The notes: generated by a model not told the origin, from the letters alone. DNA of 50,188 nt from Candidatus Omnitrophota bacterium (GCA_030593065.1 JAUVHV010000010.1:1-50188), one strand, 5' to 3'. Positions 26,130 through 36,796 are shown, counted from the first letter of the stretch. Program-made: numbers and translations.

Positions 26130-27643
26130 AATTTTCATTTGGAAGAAAGAGTAAGATTACAACTGTGCTTGAGATAGACAGCGATTGGATTAAGATAGTG
26201 CAGGCGCAGTCATTCGGGAAAGTGCGAAAGATCAGCAACATTATAGTGGAGAAAATTACCCCTTTTGTTGATGATGAAACTCCTGATCGCCTCAGCGCCC
26301 TGCTTAAAGAATTAAAGATAAATCAAAACTTTCTCACGGTATCTATACCGCACCAGCTTGCGGTTATAAAAAACCTTGAATTACCTTCTGTAAATCCCGT
26401 TGAGGTAAAGGATATGGTTGAGCTGCAGATAGGCAAGCAGACGCCTTTTACAAAAGAAGAGATAATCTATGATTATGCAATTGCGGATACTAATGCTGAA
26501 GGTTACAGCAGGATCATATTGGTTATCGTGCATCAGGATGTTGTCAAGTCATGCCTGAAAATATTGTCGAGAGCCGGGCTTAAAACAGAGAAAATAGTCC
26601 TGGACTCTGAAGGGCTGTTTGCCTGGCACAACTTAGCTTGTAAGGAAAAAATAGTCAACAAGCCGTATGCCTTGATAGATGTTGATTATGATAAGAGTGA
26701 TTTTACGGTTATTTTAAAAGGTAATATGATTTTCTGCAGAAATATTTCCATCGGGTTCTCGCAATTTTTGGATGAACCGGGTGAATTCCGCGAAAAATTT
26801 ATGGAAGAGATAAACCATTCTATATATGCTTACCACAGTGAAGTGATAAACGAAGAGATATCAAAGATAATAATTACCGGCGCGGAAATGCTTACCGCGA
26901 GTTTAGATAAAAATGTCTTAAAAGCTGTAGTTGGCCTGCCCGTAGAGATTGTACCTCAGACAGAGCATATACTCTTAACCCAGGAGTGCCTGAGCAAATA
27001 TACTAATATCGTGAAAAATGTATCTGTTTCATCGCTTTTTGGCCTTGCTTTAAACCCTGCCCAAGCGAAGATTGACCTTATACCGCAGCAACTGCAGATA
27101 GAAAGAGGCGTAAGGGAAAAGGGAAGGGACCTCTATTTCTTTGGTATGTATTTAGCGTTTATCTTAGCAACTGCTTTGAGTATCTTTCTAGGCAGAATGT
27201 ATACTAAGGAGCAATATCTTAAAGAGCTAAAACGCGAAGCTTTTAAAATACAGGAAAAGGTTAATAGAATAAATCGTATGACAGAGGAGACAGATGGGAT
27301 AAAGATACGAACCAATACGAAGAATCTTGTGCTTAATTTTATTTTTGAAAAACATAAAGTTATTCCGCCTGATATTCATTTAACATCAATCCGTTTTAAC
27401 GGCAAAGACCGTTTAATCATACGCGGAGTATCCACGGTTATGTCCGAAATTTTTAGGTTTCTTAATGTGTTGGAAGAGTCGAAATATTTCCGGGATGTTA
27501 AGACAAAATTTGTTACAACCCGCAAGGTGAAAGGCAAGGACGTGGCAGAATTTGAGGTTATTTGTCCTTTGGATGCGGGCCTTAAGGAGCAGTTGGCCTT
27601 GCTGGATAACGGCCAATTTGGTGAATCGGAAGAAAATAGATGA
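26126..27643 (+). CDS. PilM-like actin-fold protein fused to a PilN-like TM/periplasmic segment (GspL analogue)
   Basis: The N-terminal ~320 aa resemble PilM (LEIDSDWIKIVQA ..., IIITGAEML). A central TM helix (LYFFGMYLAFILATALSIFLG) and coiled coil follow, with a PilN-like C-terminus. The start overlaps the gspK stop. Confidence 0.65.
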   Translation: MKFSFGRKSKITTVLEIDSDWIKIVQAQSFGKVRKISNIIVEKITPFVDDETPDRLSALLKELKINQNFLTVSIPHQLAVIKNLELPSVNPVEVKDMVELQIGKQTPFTKEEIIYDYAIADTNAEGYSRIILVIVHQDVVKSCLKILSRAGLKTEKIVLDSEGLFAWHNLACKEKIVNKPYALIDVDYDKSDFTVILKGNMIFCRNISIGFSQFLDEPGEFREKFMEEINHSIYAYHSEVINEEISKIIITGAEMLTASLDKNVLKAVVGLPVEIVPQTEHILLTQECLSKYTNIVKNVSVSSLFGLALNPAQAKIDLIPQQLQIERGVREKGRDLYFFGMYLAFILATALSIFLGRMYTKEQYLKELKREAFKIQEKVNRINRMTEETDGIKIRTNTKNLVLNFIFEKHKVIPPDIHLTSIRFNGKDRLIIRGVSTVMSEIFRFLNVLEESKYFRDVKTKFVTTRKVKGKDVAEFEVICPLDAGLKEQLALLDNGQFGESEENR

Positions 27644-28194
27644 AGAATATTCTTTTAAAGCTATCCAAAAGAGAGCTCTATGTATTTTATATTTCAATCC
27701 TGATTGTCACTATTGTTTTCTTTGATAAAATAGTCATTAATCCGCTTATAGTCAGAATAGAGAAACTCAATAAAGAGATTTTTATCCAGGAGAAGAGGTT
27801 ACAAAAATCCCTGTACTTGTTATCACAGGAGAAGCTTATTATCAGTGAGTACAAAAAATACACCGAACACGTAAAGCAGGTTACTTCAGACGGAGAGGAG
27901 AAATCAAGGCTGCTTGCTGAAATAGAAAAAACAGCAAGAAAAGCTTCGGTCCTGCTTAAAAATGTAAAACTTGACTTAAAAGAGGGGAGCGGCCCGTATA
28001 AAAAGTACACGGTCGAAATAGAGACAGAATCAAAGATAGCCTATCTTGTAGATTTTATTTACCTGTTGGAAAAATCCCCCCAGCTGCTCAGGGTGGGAAG
28101 TTTTTACTTGACTCCAATAAGAGATAAATCCCAGGTTTTAAGGGCTCAAATGACGATTACAGAGACCCTCATAGTTTCTAACGATGATCAATAA
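27640..28194 (+). CDS. PilO/GspM-like assembly protein
   Basis: Single N-terminal TM helix, a coiled coil and a small C-terminal domain. Its position is immediately after the PilM-N fusion, with a 4-nt overlap. Confidence 0.5.
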   Translation: MKNILLKLSKRELYVFYISILIVTIVFFDKIVINPLIVRIEKLNKEIFIQEKRLQKSLYLLSQEKLIISEYKKYTEHVKQVTSDGEEKSRLLAEIEKTARKASVLLKNVKLDLKEGSGPYKKYTVEIETESKIAYLVDFIYLLEKSPQLLRVGSFYLTPIRDKSQVLRAQMTITETLIVSNDDQ

Positions 28195-28208
28195 AAAATA
28201 TTTATCCC

Positions 28209-29879
28209 ATGCGTATTATGAAAAACTTTATAACAGATATTATAGATAAAGGCCTTGAAAGCGGCAGGTATGATGGTAAGGTCTGTACGCGCTTTCCTCC
28301 CGAGCCCAACGGATATCTCCATATAGGCCACGCTAAATCTATATGCCTGAACTTCAGCCTGGCAGCTCAATATAAGGGGCTTTGCAGTTTACGCTTTGAT
28401 GATACAAACCCGAGTAAGGAAGAACTTGAATACGTAAAATCGATAGAAGCGGATGTGAAATGGCTGGGGTTTGATTGGGGAGGCCGCCTTTTCTACGCGT
28501 CAGATTATTTTGGTAAGCTTTATGAATTTGCCGTCAAGCTTATAGAGAAGGAAAAGGCGTATGTCTGTGATTTAAACCCCGAACAGATAAGAGAATACCG
28601 CGGCACGTTGACAACCCCGGGAAGAGAAAGCCCTTATCGTGATCGTTCAAGAGAAGAGAATCTCGATCTTTTCAAGCGCATGAAAAAAGGCGAATTTGAA
28701 GATGGCGCAAGGGTATTGCGCGCTAAAATAGATATGGCGCACAAAAATATTGTTATGCGGGATCCTACCATATACCGCATAAAGAGAGAACATCATCATA
28801 GGACTGGCAATAAATGGTGTATCTACCCTATGTATGATTTTGCCCATTGCCTTTCGGATTCAATAGAGAGGATTACTTATTCTATCTGTACATTGGAATT
28901 TGAGAATAACCGCCCATTGTATAATTGGATACTCGATGCGTTAGAGGTTTATCATCCACAGCAGATAGAATTCGCGCGTTTAAATCTAAGCTATACTATC
29001 TTAAGTAAGCGCAAACTTATAGAACTTGTAAAGGAAAAACATGTAAGTGGTTGGGATGATCCCCGGATGCCTACCATATCAGGCCTTAAGAGGCGGGGTT
29101 ATACGGCAGGTTCTATAAGAAATTTTGCCGCGGGCATAGGCGTTTCAAAGGTAAACAGCTCCATAGATATTGTAGTTTTAGAGAATAGCCTGCGCGAAGA
29201 ATTGAACAGGAACGCGCATCGCGTGATGGTAGTGTTAAAGCCTCTTAAGGTGACAATAACAAATTATCCAAAGGGTAAAGAGGAAGTTCTCGATGCTATC
29301 AATAATCCTGAGGATAAAAGCGCCGGCACAAGAAAGGTACCATTTTCACGTACATTATATATTGAGCAGGATGATTTTAAAGAAGACCCGCCAAAAAAGT
29401 TCTTTCGTCTAACGCCCGGCAGGGAAGTGCGCCTACGTTATGCTTATTTTATAAAGTGTGAAGAGGTTATAAAAGATCCGGAAGGCAGCGTAGTTGAACT
29501 TAAATGCAGTTACGATCCCGCGACTCACGGGGGAGACGCGCCGGACGGCCGCAAGGTAAAAGCGACTCTTCATTGGGTATCAGCTCCGCACGCGCTCAAG
29601 GCGGAGGCGCGGCTCTATGATCACCTTTTTTTAAAACCGGATCCTGATGACGCGGAAAAGGGAAAAGACTATAAATCCAACCTGAACCCGGCTTCTTTAA
29701 AAGTAATTTATCCAGTTTACGCGGAACCGAGCTTAAAGGGCGCAAAGCCGGGTAACTCATATCAGTTTGAAAGGCAGGGCTATTTTTGCGTTGATAAAGA
29801 TTCTTCCCATACGAGGCTTGTCTTTAACCGCACAGTGCCCTTACGTGATAGCTGGGCTAAGATATCTAAAAAACCTTAA
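28209..29879 (+). CDS. glnS: Glutaminyl-tRNA synthetase
   Basis: [58 protein letters not shown] and [10 protein letters not shown] are close to E. coli GlnRS along the whole length. Confidence 0.95.
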   Translation: MRIMKNFITDIIDKGLESGRYDGKVCTRFPPEPNGYLHIGHAKSICLNFSLAAQYKGLCSLRFDDTNPSKEELEYVKSIEADVKWLGFDWGGRLFYASDYFGKLYEFAVKLIEKEKAYVCDLNPEQIREYRGTLTTPGRESPYRDRSREENLDLFKRMKKGEFEDGARVLRAKIDMAHKNIVMRDPTIYRIKREHHHRTGNKWCIYPMYDFAHCLSDSIERITYSICTLEFENNRPLYNWILDALEVYHPQQIEFARLNLSYTILSKRKLIELVKEKHVSGWDDPRMPTISGLKRRGYTAGSIRNFAAGIGVSKVNSSIDIVVLENSLREELNRNAHRVMVVLKPLKVTITNYPKGKEEVLDAINNPEDKSAGTRKVPFSRTLYIEQDDFKEDPPKKFFRLTPGREVRLRYAYFIKCEEVIKDPEGSVVELKCSYDPATHGGDAPDGRKVKATLHWVSAPHALKAEARLYDHLFLKPDPDDAEKGKDYKSNLNPASLKVIYPVYAEPSLKGAKPGNSYQFERQGYFCVDKDSSHTRLVFNRTVPLRDSWAKISKKP

Positions 29880-30547
29880 TGTACACTATAAAAGATCACA
29901 ATCTATATCTTGTCCTGAGCTCGGAATATGCGGGCACAAAACCTGTTTTGGATATAGCAAGGCAGGCGCTTACCGCGGGTGTGGATATTTTACAGATGCG
30001 GGAGAAGGATATATCTGAAAAAGGCCTGATAGCGCTTGGCAAAAACCTGTTATCTCTATGCAGAGAGTTCAATACCCCTTTTATTGTAAATGATAATCCG
30101 TATCTAGCGAAAAGATTGGGCGCGGATGGTGTCCATTTAGGCCAGGAAGATATAAAGAGATACCCGCTTTTTGATACGCGAAACATAATAGGGCACGGAA
30201 AGACAATAGGCATATCTACGCATTCAATAGAAGAGTTCAAGCAAGCCAATCGCGATGATTTTAATTATATAGCTTTTGGGCCGATATTTCCTACAGAGAC
30301 AAAAGACTTTTTTTTAGGAACAGATGATATAGAAGAAGTACTCGGTATAGCAAAAAAACCCGTTATATTTATAGGCGGTATTAACCTGACAAATATCGAC
30401 TCCCTACTCAGGAAAGGAGTAAGGAATATAGCTCTAATACGCGCTATTACTGAATCTGATAATATCGCCGCCGCGGTAGAGAGCCTGAAGACTAAACTAG
30501 GGACAGCGGCTAGTTTTCTCAGGCTAAGAAACAATCAAGAAAACTAG
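29879..30547 (+). CDS. thiE: Thiamine-phosphate synthase
   Basis: LYLVLS..., VDILQMREKD, VNDNPYLAKRLGADGVHLGQED, GISTHS and IAFGPIFPTETK. The ATG overlaps the glnS TAA. The last ~18 codons lie in a 27-bp palindrome. Confidence 0.85.
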   Translation: MYTIKDHNLYLVLSSEYAGTKPVLDIARQALTAGVDILQMREKDISEKGLIALGKNLLSLCREFNTPFIVNDNPYLAKRLGADGVHLGQEDIKRYPLFDTRNIIGHGKTIGISTHSIEEFKQANRDDFNYIAFGPIFPTETKDFFLGTDDIEEVLGIAKKPVIFIGGINLTNIDSLLRKGVRNIALIRAITESDNIAAAVESLKTKLGTAASFLRLRNNQEN

Positions 30548-30565
30548 CCGCTGTCCCTAGTTTAG
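30492..30565. repeat. Perfect 27-bp inverted repeat with a 20-nt loop, spanning the thiE stop codon
   Basis: CTAAACTAGGGACAGCGGCTAGTTTTC at 30492-30518 and its exact reverse complement at 30539-30565. Confidence 0.9.
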
Positions 30566-30579
30566 TTAGAGGCAAACGT

Positions 30580-30780
30580 ATGATATTAAGGATTAATGGA
30601 GAAGAAGAAGACATCGCCGGATGCGATAACCTTCTTGAGCTTATTAATACCAAGAGATTGAAAAGAGAAGCAATCGTAGTAGAGCATAATCGCAGGATTG
30701 TACTCAAAGAGCGGTGGCGCGAGACTGTTCTGAGTGAAAAAGATAACATAGAGATAGTCAGCTTTGTAGGGGGGGGATAG
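30580..30780 (+). CDS. thiS: Sulfur-carrier protein ThiS
   Basis: 66 aa with a ubiquitin-like pattern, ending in ...SFVGGG. It is located between thiE and thiG. Confidence 0.8.
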   Translation: MILRINGEEEDIAGCDNLLELINTKRLKREAIVVEHNRRIVLKERWRETVLSEKDNIEIVSFVGGG

Positions 30781-30781
30781 C

Positions 30782-31558
30782 ATGGAAGATACTTTGCGTA
30801 TTGCGGATAAGAGTATAAAAAACAGGCTTTTTATAGGTACAGGAAAATTTCCAGATAAATCTCTTGTCCGAAATGTGCTCGAGGAGTCTCAGGCAGAGGT
30901 CGTTACAGTTGCCTTAAGAAGAGTCGACGCGGACTCTATAGATGAGAATATCTTAGGCCATATACCGGAGAGCTGCATAATAATGATCAATACATCAGGC
31001 GCCAGAGACGCGGATGAAGCAATAAGAATAGCCCGGCTTGGCAAGGCAATGGAATGCGGTAACTGGATAAAGATAGAAGTGATATCCGATAACAAGTATC
31101 TCTTGCCTGATAATACAGAGGCCTTGAAGGCTACAGAGGCATTGGTAAAAGAGGGCTTTACAGTTCTTCCATATATGAGCCCTGACCTGAGTATGGCAAA
31201 ACGCTTTGTGGAAGCAGGGGCCGCGGCTGTAATGCCCTTGGGCTCTCCGATAGGCAGTAACCGGGGATTAAAGACAGAGGAACTTGTACGAATAATGGTA
31301 AACGAAATAGATATACCTGTAATAGTGGATGCCGGCATAGGATGGCCGTCTGAGGCAGCGGCATGTATGGAGCTTGGTTGCGGCGCTGTTTTAGTAAATA
31401 CAGCTATCGCGACAGCTGATGATCCTGTAGCCGCGGCAAGGGCTTTCAGCCTTGCTGTGATAGCCGGCAGAACAGCGTACTTAAACAGTGGTATGGCTGT
31501 AAACGAAGACGCAAAGCCGTCTTCACCACTTACAGGGTTTTTAAGGGACGATAAATAA
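30782..31558 (+). CDS. thiG: Thiazole synthase
   Basis: [51 protein letters not shown] and VLVNTAIA. Confidence 0.95.
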   Translation: MEDTLRIADKSIKNRLFIGTGKFPDKSLVRNVLEESQAEVVTVALRRVDADSIDENILGHIPESCIIMINTSGARDADEAIRIARLGKAMECGNWIKIEVISDNKYLLPDNTEALKATEALVKEGFTVLPYMSPDLSMAKRFVEAGAAAVMPLGSPIGSNRGLKTEELVRIMVNEIDIPVIVDAGIGWPSEAAACMELGCGAVLVNTAIATADDPVAAARAFSLAVIAGRTAYLNSGMAVNEDAKPSSPLTGFLRDDK

Positions 31559-31561
31559 CTT

Positions 31562-32665
31562 ATGAGTTTTATAGATCTGATTAAAAAGTATGAATCCACA
31601 GGATTGCATGAGAGGCTTGATTCTGTAACTGAAAAAGACATAGAATATCTCTTGCCTAAAGATATATTAACCCCAATGCAGTTTCTTTCACTTCTTTCTC
31701 CGGCTGCTTCAGATTGCCTTGAAGATATGGCGAAAAAAGCTCACAGGATAACCTTGAAGAACTTTGGCAAGGCTATACAGCTGTATACGCCGATATATAT
31801 TTCAGATTACTGTGATAATAATTGTATCTATTGCGGGTTTAATGTAAATATAAAAAGGCCCAGGAAAAAGCTTACCATGGATGAGCTCGGCAGAGAGGCA
31901 AGGTATATCGCGGATACAGGTTTGAAGCATATACTTGTCCTTACGGGAAGTTCAAGATCCAAAAGCCCTTTATCGTATATAAAAGAATGTGTAAAGGTAT
32001 TGAAGAGATATTTCAGTTCTATATCCATAGAGGTCTATCCTTTAACAGAAGAGGAATATAAAGAACTTATAGATGAGGGGGTAGACGGGCTTACCATATA
32101 TCAGGAGACGTATAACAGGGCTATTTACGATAATGTACATATTAAGGGTTTTAAAAGAGATTATCTTTTTCGTCTTGACGCGGCAGAAAGAGCCCTGCGA
32201 AAAAGGGTAAGAGTAGTTAATATAGGGGCGTTGCTGGGCTTAAACAAGTGGCGGGAAGATGGTTTTTACGTGGGCTTACACGCGAAATACCTCCAGGATA
32301 AATTTCCGGAAGCGGAGATAAGTATATCAGTGCCGCGAATAAGGCCCCAGACCAAAGAGTATAGCCCCCAATACGAGGTTTCAGATAGAGATATTACCCA
32401 GCTTATATTAGCATTCAGGCTTTTTTTGCCAAGGATAGGTATTACCCTTTCGACAAGAGAGAGCCAGGAGCTTAGAGACAACCTCCTTCCATTAGGTATC
32501 ACCAAGATATCAGCGGATTCTACCACCGCTGTCGGAGGCCATACTTCAGGCAATAAAGAAGAATTCGAACAGTTTCTTATATCTGATAAAAGGAGCGTGC
32601 CAGAGATAAGAAGGCTTTTGCTGAGCCGTGGGTATCAGCCTGTTCTCAAGGATTGGATTAATTAA
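31562..32665 (+). CDS. thiH: 2-iminoacetate synthase (radical SAM tyrosine lyase) ThiH
   Basis: The radical-SAM cluster motif CDNNCIYCGF, a size of 367 aa and the position after thiG. Confidence 0.85.
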   Translation: MSFIDLIKKYESTGLHERLDSVTEKDIEYLLPKDILTPMQFLSLLSPAASDCLEDMAKKAHRITLKNFGKAIQLYTPIYISDYCDNNCIYCGFNVNIKRPRKKLTMDELGREARYIADTGLKHILVLTGSSRSKSPLSYIKECVKVLKRYFSSISIEVYPLTEEEYKELIDEGVDGLTIYQETYNRAIYDNVHIKGFKRDYLFRLDAAERALRKRVRVVNIGALLGLNKWREDGFYVGLHAKYLQDKFPEAEISISVPRIRPQTKEYSPQYEVSDRDITQLILAFRLFLPRIGITLSTRESQELRDNLLPLGITKISADSTTAVGGHTSGNKEEFEQFLISDKRSVPEIRRLLLSRGYQPVLKDWIN

Positions 32666-32678
32666 AAAGGAGGCCAGA

Positions 32679-33287
32679 GTGATTTCTGGTAATGTAAAAA
32701 AAAGAGGCCTGAAAAATCATTCTGACCCCCTTTTTTTAGTAAAGATTGGCATAGCCGGATGCGGGGGGCTGGGATCGAATTGCGCTTTCAATCTTGTGCG
32801 AAGCGGATTTATTAAACTAAAGATCGTTGATTTTGATATAGTAGAAGCATCTAACCTCAACAGGCAATTCTATTTTTCGGATCAGGTTAATATGCCAAAG
32901 GTGGACGCGTTAGAAGCAAATTTAAAAAGAATAAATCCCGATATAAAAATAGACGCTATCCGGGAAAGATTAAACCGCGCGAATGTAAAAAAGATTTTTG
33001 CGGATTGCGATATTGTGGTTGAAGCACTTGATGAGGTAGAGTGCAAGAGCATGATAGTATCGAGCCTTGTGAATAAGGTGAAGTTTATGGTCGCAGCCTC
33101 AGGCATAGCGGGATTCGGGAATTCGGATCAGATTAAGATTAAAAGAATAAAGAAAAATCTGGCTCTTGTAGGTGATCTAAAGACCGGGACAGAAAAGGTG
33201 CCGCCATTTTCTCCCAAGGTCAATATCGCGGCCGCTAAACAGGCGGATCTTATATTGGAATATGTGCTAAAAGGAACCACGGAGTGA
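32679..33287 (+). CDS. thiF: ThiF-family adenylyltransferase (ThiS activating)
   Basis: IGIAGCGGLGSNCAFNLVRSG nucleotide-binding loop and DFDIVEASNLNRQ. The start is set at the GTG at 32679, after the AGGAGG RBS, rather than the overlapping ATG at 32628. Confidence 0.75.
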   Translation: MISGNVKKRGLKNHSDPLFLVKIGIAGCGGLGSNCAFNLVRSGFIKLKIVDFDIVEASNLNRQFYFSDQVNMPKVDALEANLKRINPDIKIDAIRERLNRANVKKIFADCDIVVEALDEVECKSMIVSSLVNKVKFMVAASGIAGFGNSDQIKIKRIKKNLALVGDLKTGTEKVPPFSPKVNIAAAKQADLILEYVLKGTTE

Positions 33288-34282
33288 AAGCAGTATCGCT
33301 ATTTTCAGGTGGGTTAGATAGTATACTTGCCGCGCGCTTGATTGCGGACCAGGGCATCGATGTGGAGGCGCTGTATTTTAAGACCGTGTTTTGGGGAAAA
33401 TACGATGATAAACTTAATCGCTCGCTGCTTGAGAATACTGCTTCTCAGGCAAAGGCGGAGTTGACTATCATAGAGGCTGATAAAGCTTATTTTGATGTAG
33501 TAAAGAACCCTGCCCATGGTTATGGGAAGAATCTTAATCCATGTATAGATTGCAGGATATTTATACTAAAAACAGCAAAAGAGTATATGCTAAAAAGAGG
33601 CGCGTCTTTTTTAATTACAGGTGAGGTGCTGGGACAGCGCCCAATGTCACAGCATCGGCATGTTCTGAATAAAATTGAGAACGCGAGCGAGACACCGGAT
33701 ATTATAGTAAGGCCCCTATCAGCCAGGCTTTTTAAACCGAGCATTCCGGAGCAGCGGGGATGGATAGACAGAGAGAGGCTTTTCGCGATGGAGGGAAGGT
33801 CGAGAAAGCCGCAACTTGCTCTTGCAAAGAAGCTTGGTATTAAAGATTTTCCAAACCCAGCCGGTGGTTGCCTTCTGGCAGATAAAATCTTTTCAGATAA
33901 GATGCGCGATATGATTAAATATGAAAGAGATTTTCAGGCAAATGATATAAACCTTATTAAGAGCGGGAGGGTATTCAGGCTCTCTCCAAAGGCAAAGCTT
34001 ATAGTGGGCCGTAACGAAAAACAGAACAACTTATTGTTGGATCTCGCGAGAGATATGGATTATTCTTTTAAAACAGTCGATATCCCGGGGCCGGTAGGTA
34101 TAGGAAGAGGATGCTTTGGCGCGGATACAATTCATAAGGCAGCAAGTATTATTGCCAGATACAGCGATTTGGAACCGGGCATGAAAGCCAATATTTTTTA
34201 TAAAAAACACCCTTGTGATATAGACGAATCTATATCAGTAATGCCCGCAAAAGAAGATGAGTTAATCGCTGTTAGAATTTAA
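33284..34282 (+). CDS. PP-loop ATP pyrophosphatase, ThiI-like sulfurtransferase (no THUMP or rhodanese domain seen)
   Basis: SGGLDS PP-loop, NPCIDC, ITGEVLGQRPMSQ (compare ThiI TGESLGQVASQ) and VRPL. It is adjacent to the thi genes. Confidence 0.6.
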   Translation: MKAVSLFSGGLDSILAARLIADQGIDVEALYFKTVFWGKYDDKLNRSLLENTASQAKAELTIIEADKAYFDVVKNPAHGYGKNLNPCIDCRIFILKTAKEYMLKRGASFLITGEVLGQRPMSQHRHVLNKIENASETPDIIVRPLSARLFKPSIPEQRGWIDRERLFAMEGRSRKPQLALAKKLGIKDFPNPAGGCLLADKIFSDKMRDMIKYERDFQANDINLIKSGRVFRLSPKAKLIVGRNEKQNNLLLDLARDMDYSFKTVDIPGPVGIGRGCFGADTIHKAASIIARYSDLEPGMKANIFYKKHPCDIDESISVMPAKEDELIAVRI

Positions 34283-34297
34283 TAGGAGGTTATAAAT

Positions 34298-35347
34298 ATG
34301 ACAAGAACTATAGAGATTTTAGGAGATGAGGCAAAGTCTCTGCTCGAGCACAATTGCGATACCATATCAAAGGATATGCTGCATTTGCCGGGACCCGGTT
34401 TTGTCGACAGGATATTTTCTATATCAGACAGGCCAAAAGCTGTTCTAAAAAATATGAAACTTCTATTTAATCACGGGCGGTTAAAGGGTACGGGATATCT
34501 TTCTATACTGCCGGTAGATCAGGGCATTGAACATTCAGCGGGCGCTTCTTTTGCGCCGAACCCATTATATTTTGACCCTGAAAATATTATAAAGCTCGCC
34601 ATTGAAGGCGGGTGCAACGGCGTTGCTTCGACATTAGGCGTTCTGGGCATGGTATCCGCTAAGTATGCGAAAAAAATACCTTTTATCCTCAAGATAAATC
34701 ATAATGAGCTCTTGAGTTATCCGAATACATTTGACCAGAGAATGTTCGCGTCAGTTGAACAAGCCGGTGATATGGGTGCTGCAGCTGTGGGAGCGACTAT
34801 ATATTTTGGTTCAAAAGAGTCACGAAGGCAGATAGAAGAGGTTTCAGCTGCTTTCGCGAAAGCGCACAAACTTGGTATGTTTACAATACTCTGGTGTTAC
34901 CTGCGAAATGATGGTTTTAAGAAAGACGGTGTAGATTATCACGCATCCGCCGATCTTACAGGCCAGGCAAACCATTTGGGCGTTACAATAGAAGCGGATA
35001 TTATAAAACAGAAGCTCCCTATAAATAATGGCGGCTATGTCGCGATTAATTTTGGTAAGACAAGCCCTTTAGTGTATGAGAATCTTTCGTCAGGCCACCC
35101 GATAGACCTTACGCGTTACCAGTTGGCAAACTGTTATATGGGAAGGATTGGGTTGATCAATTCAGGCGGGGCATCCGGTGAGAACGACCTGCAGCAGGCG
35201 GTAAAGACAGCGGTTATAAATAAAAGGGCCGGTGGTACAGGGTTGATTTCCGGAAGAAAGGCTTTTCAGAAACCCATGCGAGAGGGCGTAAAACTGTTAA
35301 ATGCTATTCAGGATGTGTATCAAGATAAGAGCATTACAATAGCTTAA
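34298..35347 (+). CDS. fbaB: Class I fructose-bisphosphate aldolase (FbaB/DhnA type)
   Basis: [64 protein letters not shown] and [18 protein letters not shown] are nearly colinear with E. coli FbaB. Confidence 0.9.
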   Translation: MTRTIEILGDEAKSLLEHNCDTISKDMLHLPGPGFVDRIFSISDRPKAVLKNMKLLFNHGRLKGTGYLSILPVDQGIEHSAGASFAPNPLYFDPENIIKLAIEGGCNGVASTLGVLGMVSAKYAKKIPFILKINHNELLSYPNTFDQRMFASVEQAGDMGAAAVGATIYFGSKESRRQIEEVSAAFAKAHKLGMFTILWCYLRNDGFKKDGVDYHASADLTGQANHLGVTIEADIIKQKLPINNGGYVAINFGKTSPLVYENLSSGHPIDLTRYQLANCYMGRIGLINSGGASGENDLQQAVKTAVINKRAGGTGLISGRKAFQKPMREGVKLLNAIQDVYQDKSITIA

Positions 35348-35363
35348 AGCATTCTCTTTTTTC

Positions 35364-35391
35364 TTAAGTTACAATGTTAAGACTTGACCCC
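35364..35391 (-). repeat. REP-like element copy (reverse orientation)
   Basis: The reverse complement reads GGGGTCAAGTCTTAACATTGTAACTTAA. It sits between the convergent fbaB and gpmA genes. Confidence 0.8.
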
Positions 35392-36150
35392 TCACTTCTT
35401 TTTAACTTTTCCCTGGGCAGCGACAGTCTCCATTGCTTTTTTAATCTTTTCCGCGTCCCCAAGGTAATAATGCTTTATGGCATTTAAGTCTTTATCAAGT
35501 TCATAGACAAGAGGTATGCCTGTTGGGATATTCAATTTAACAATCTCATTATCCGGCATCTTATCCAGGTATTTCACAAGCGCCCTTAAGCTGTTTCCAT
35601 GCGCCGCGATCAAGATTTTTTTGCCCATTTTTAATACAGGCACAATATCGTTATGCCAATATGGCAGGAAACGCTCTACAGTATCTTTTAAACATTCTGT
35701 TGCAGGTATATCTCCATCATCAAGCTCTTTATAACGCGGATCGTTTGCGCAATGGCGCGGGTCATCTCTTTTAAGCGCGGGCGGCTGAACATCGTATGCG
35801 CGCCTCCATAAAAGGACCTGCTCTTCACCGTATTTTTGAGCAGTCTCTGCCTTGTTCAGCCCCTGAAGAGCGCCATAATGTTTCTCATTAAGGCGCCATG
35901 AGCGGTAGACAGGTATCCACATCAGGTCCATAATATCCTGGGTTATCCAGAGAGTGCGGATAGCTCTTTTTAATACAGATGTAAAGGCAATGTCAAATGT
36001 ATAGCCTTCTTTTTTTAATACCTCTCCGGATTCTTTGGCTTCAGCGATACCTTTTTCAGAGAGATCCACATCTGTCCAACCGGTAAAACGATTCTCTTTA
36101 TTCCATGTACTCTCACCGTGCCGTAAGAGTACCAATTTTATATTCTCCAT
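35392..36150 (-). CDS. gpmA: 2,3-bisphosphoglycerate-dependent phosphoglycerate mutase
   Basis: [56 protein letters not shown] and [10 protein letters not shown]. Confidence 0.95.
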   Translation of the reverse strand: MENIKLVLLRHGESTWNKENRFTGWTDVDLSEKGIAEAKESGEVLKKEGYTFDIAFTSVLKRAIRTLWITQDIMDLMWIPVYRSWRLNEKHYGALQGLNKAETAQKYGEEQVLLWRRAYDVQPPALKRDDPRHCANDPRYKELDDGDIPATECLKDTVERFLPYWHNDIVPVLKMGKKILIAAHGNSLRALVKYLDKMPDNEIVKLNIPTGIPLVYELDKDLNAIKHYYLGDAEKIKKAMETVAAQGKVKKK

Positions 36151-36190
36151 ATAATACCCCTTTTTTAATATAATATAATGTGTAAATTAC

Positions 36191-36277
<87 letters not shown>

Positions 36278-36394
36278 AGCCTTATTTTTGTAGCTTTGAG
36301 TATAGCAAAAAATATTATTGCAGGCAAGTTATTTTTACCTTGCGTACCAAGCGGTTATTAGTGTAATATGTAATAAAAAAGGAGCGTTAATAAA

Positions 36395-36796
36395 ATGTGG
36401 AAAAAATTTATAACTATAACTTTAGCGTCTTTTTTATTCCTTGGCAGTGTAAACAGCGCATACGCGCAATTCTGGAAAAAGTGGTTTAATAAAAGTGAGC
36501 AGGCATCAGAGATGGAAGCAAAGGATGATAAGGTTATAAAAAAAGAAGCCGAGGAAAAGAAGACAAGGTATGAGGCGGCAAGCAAGGAGAGAGGGGATGA
36601 ATTGCGCCGAACCCAGGAACAGGTTGACCAGATTCAAAAAATTCACGAGATTAATAGGACGCAGCGCTCTTTAAATAATATAAAACGTATAAATGAGATG
36701 AATCGCCAGCGCAAACAGGCAGAAGAGATTAACAGATTAAACAGGATGCAGAAAAATCTCAATAACTTGAAGCGAGTTAAGCGGGCAAATAAATAA
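36395..36796 (+). CDS. Small secreted basic coiled-coil protein, hypothetical
   Basis: Signal peptide ...GSVNSAYA|Q. The Lys/Arg/Glu/Asn-rich sequence carries reiterated (I/L/M)N(R/N) motifs (EINRTQR, INEMNRQR, EINRLNRMQ, LNNLKR). No family was recognised. Confidence 0.5.
   Translation: MWKKFITITLASFLFLGSVNSAYAQFWKKWFNKSEQASEMEAKDDKVIKKEAEEKKTRYEAASKERGDELRRTQEQVDQIQKIHEINRTQRSLNNIKRINEMNRQRKQAEEINRLNRMQKNLNNLKRVKRANK

Noticed and set aside
30889-31641. A 250-aa - strand ORF.
   Set aside because: It is exactly antisense to thiG, whose + strand translation matches thiazole synthase along its whole length. The antisense product is low-complexity Ser/Ala/Ile-rich.
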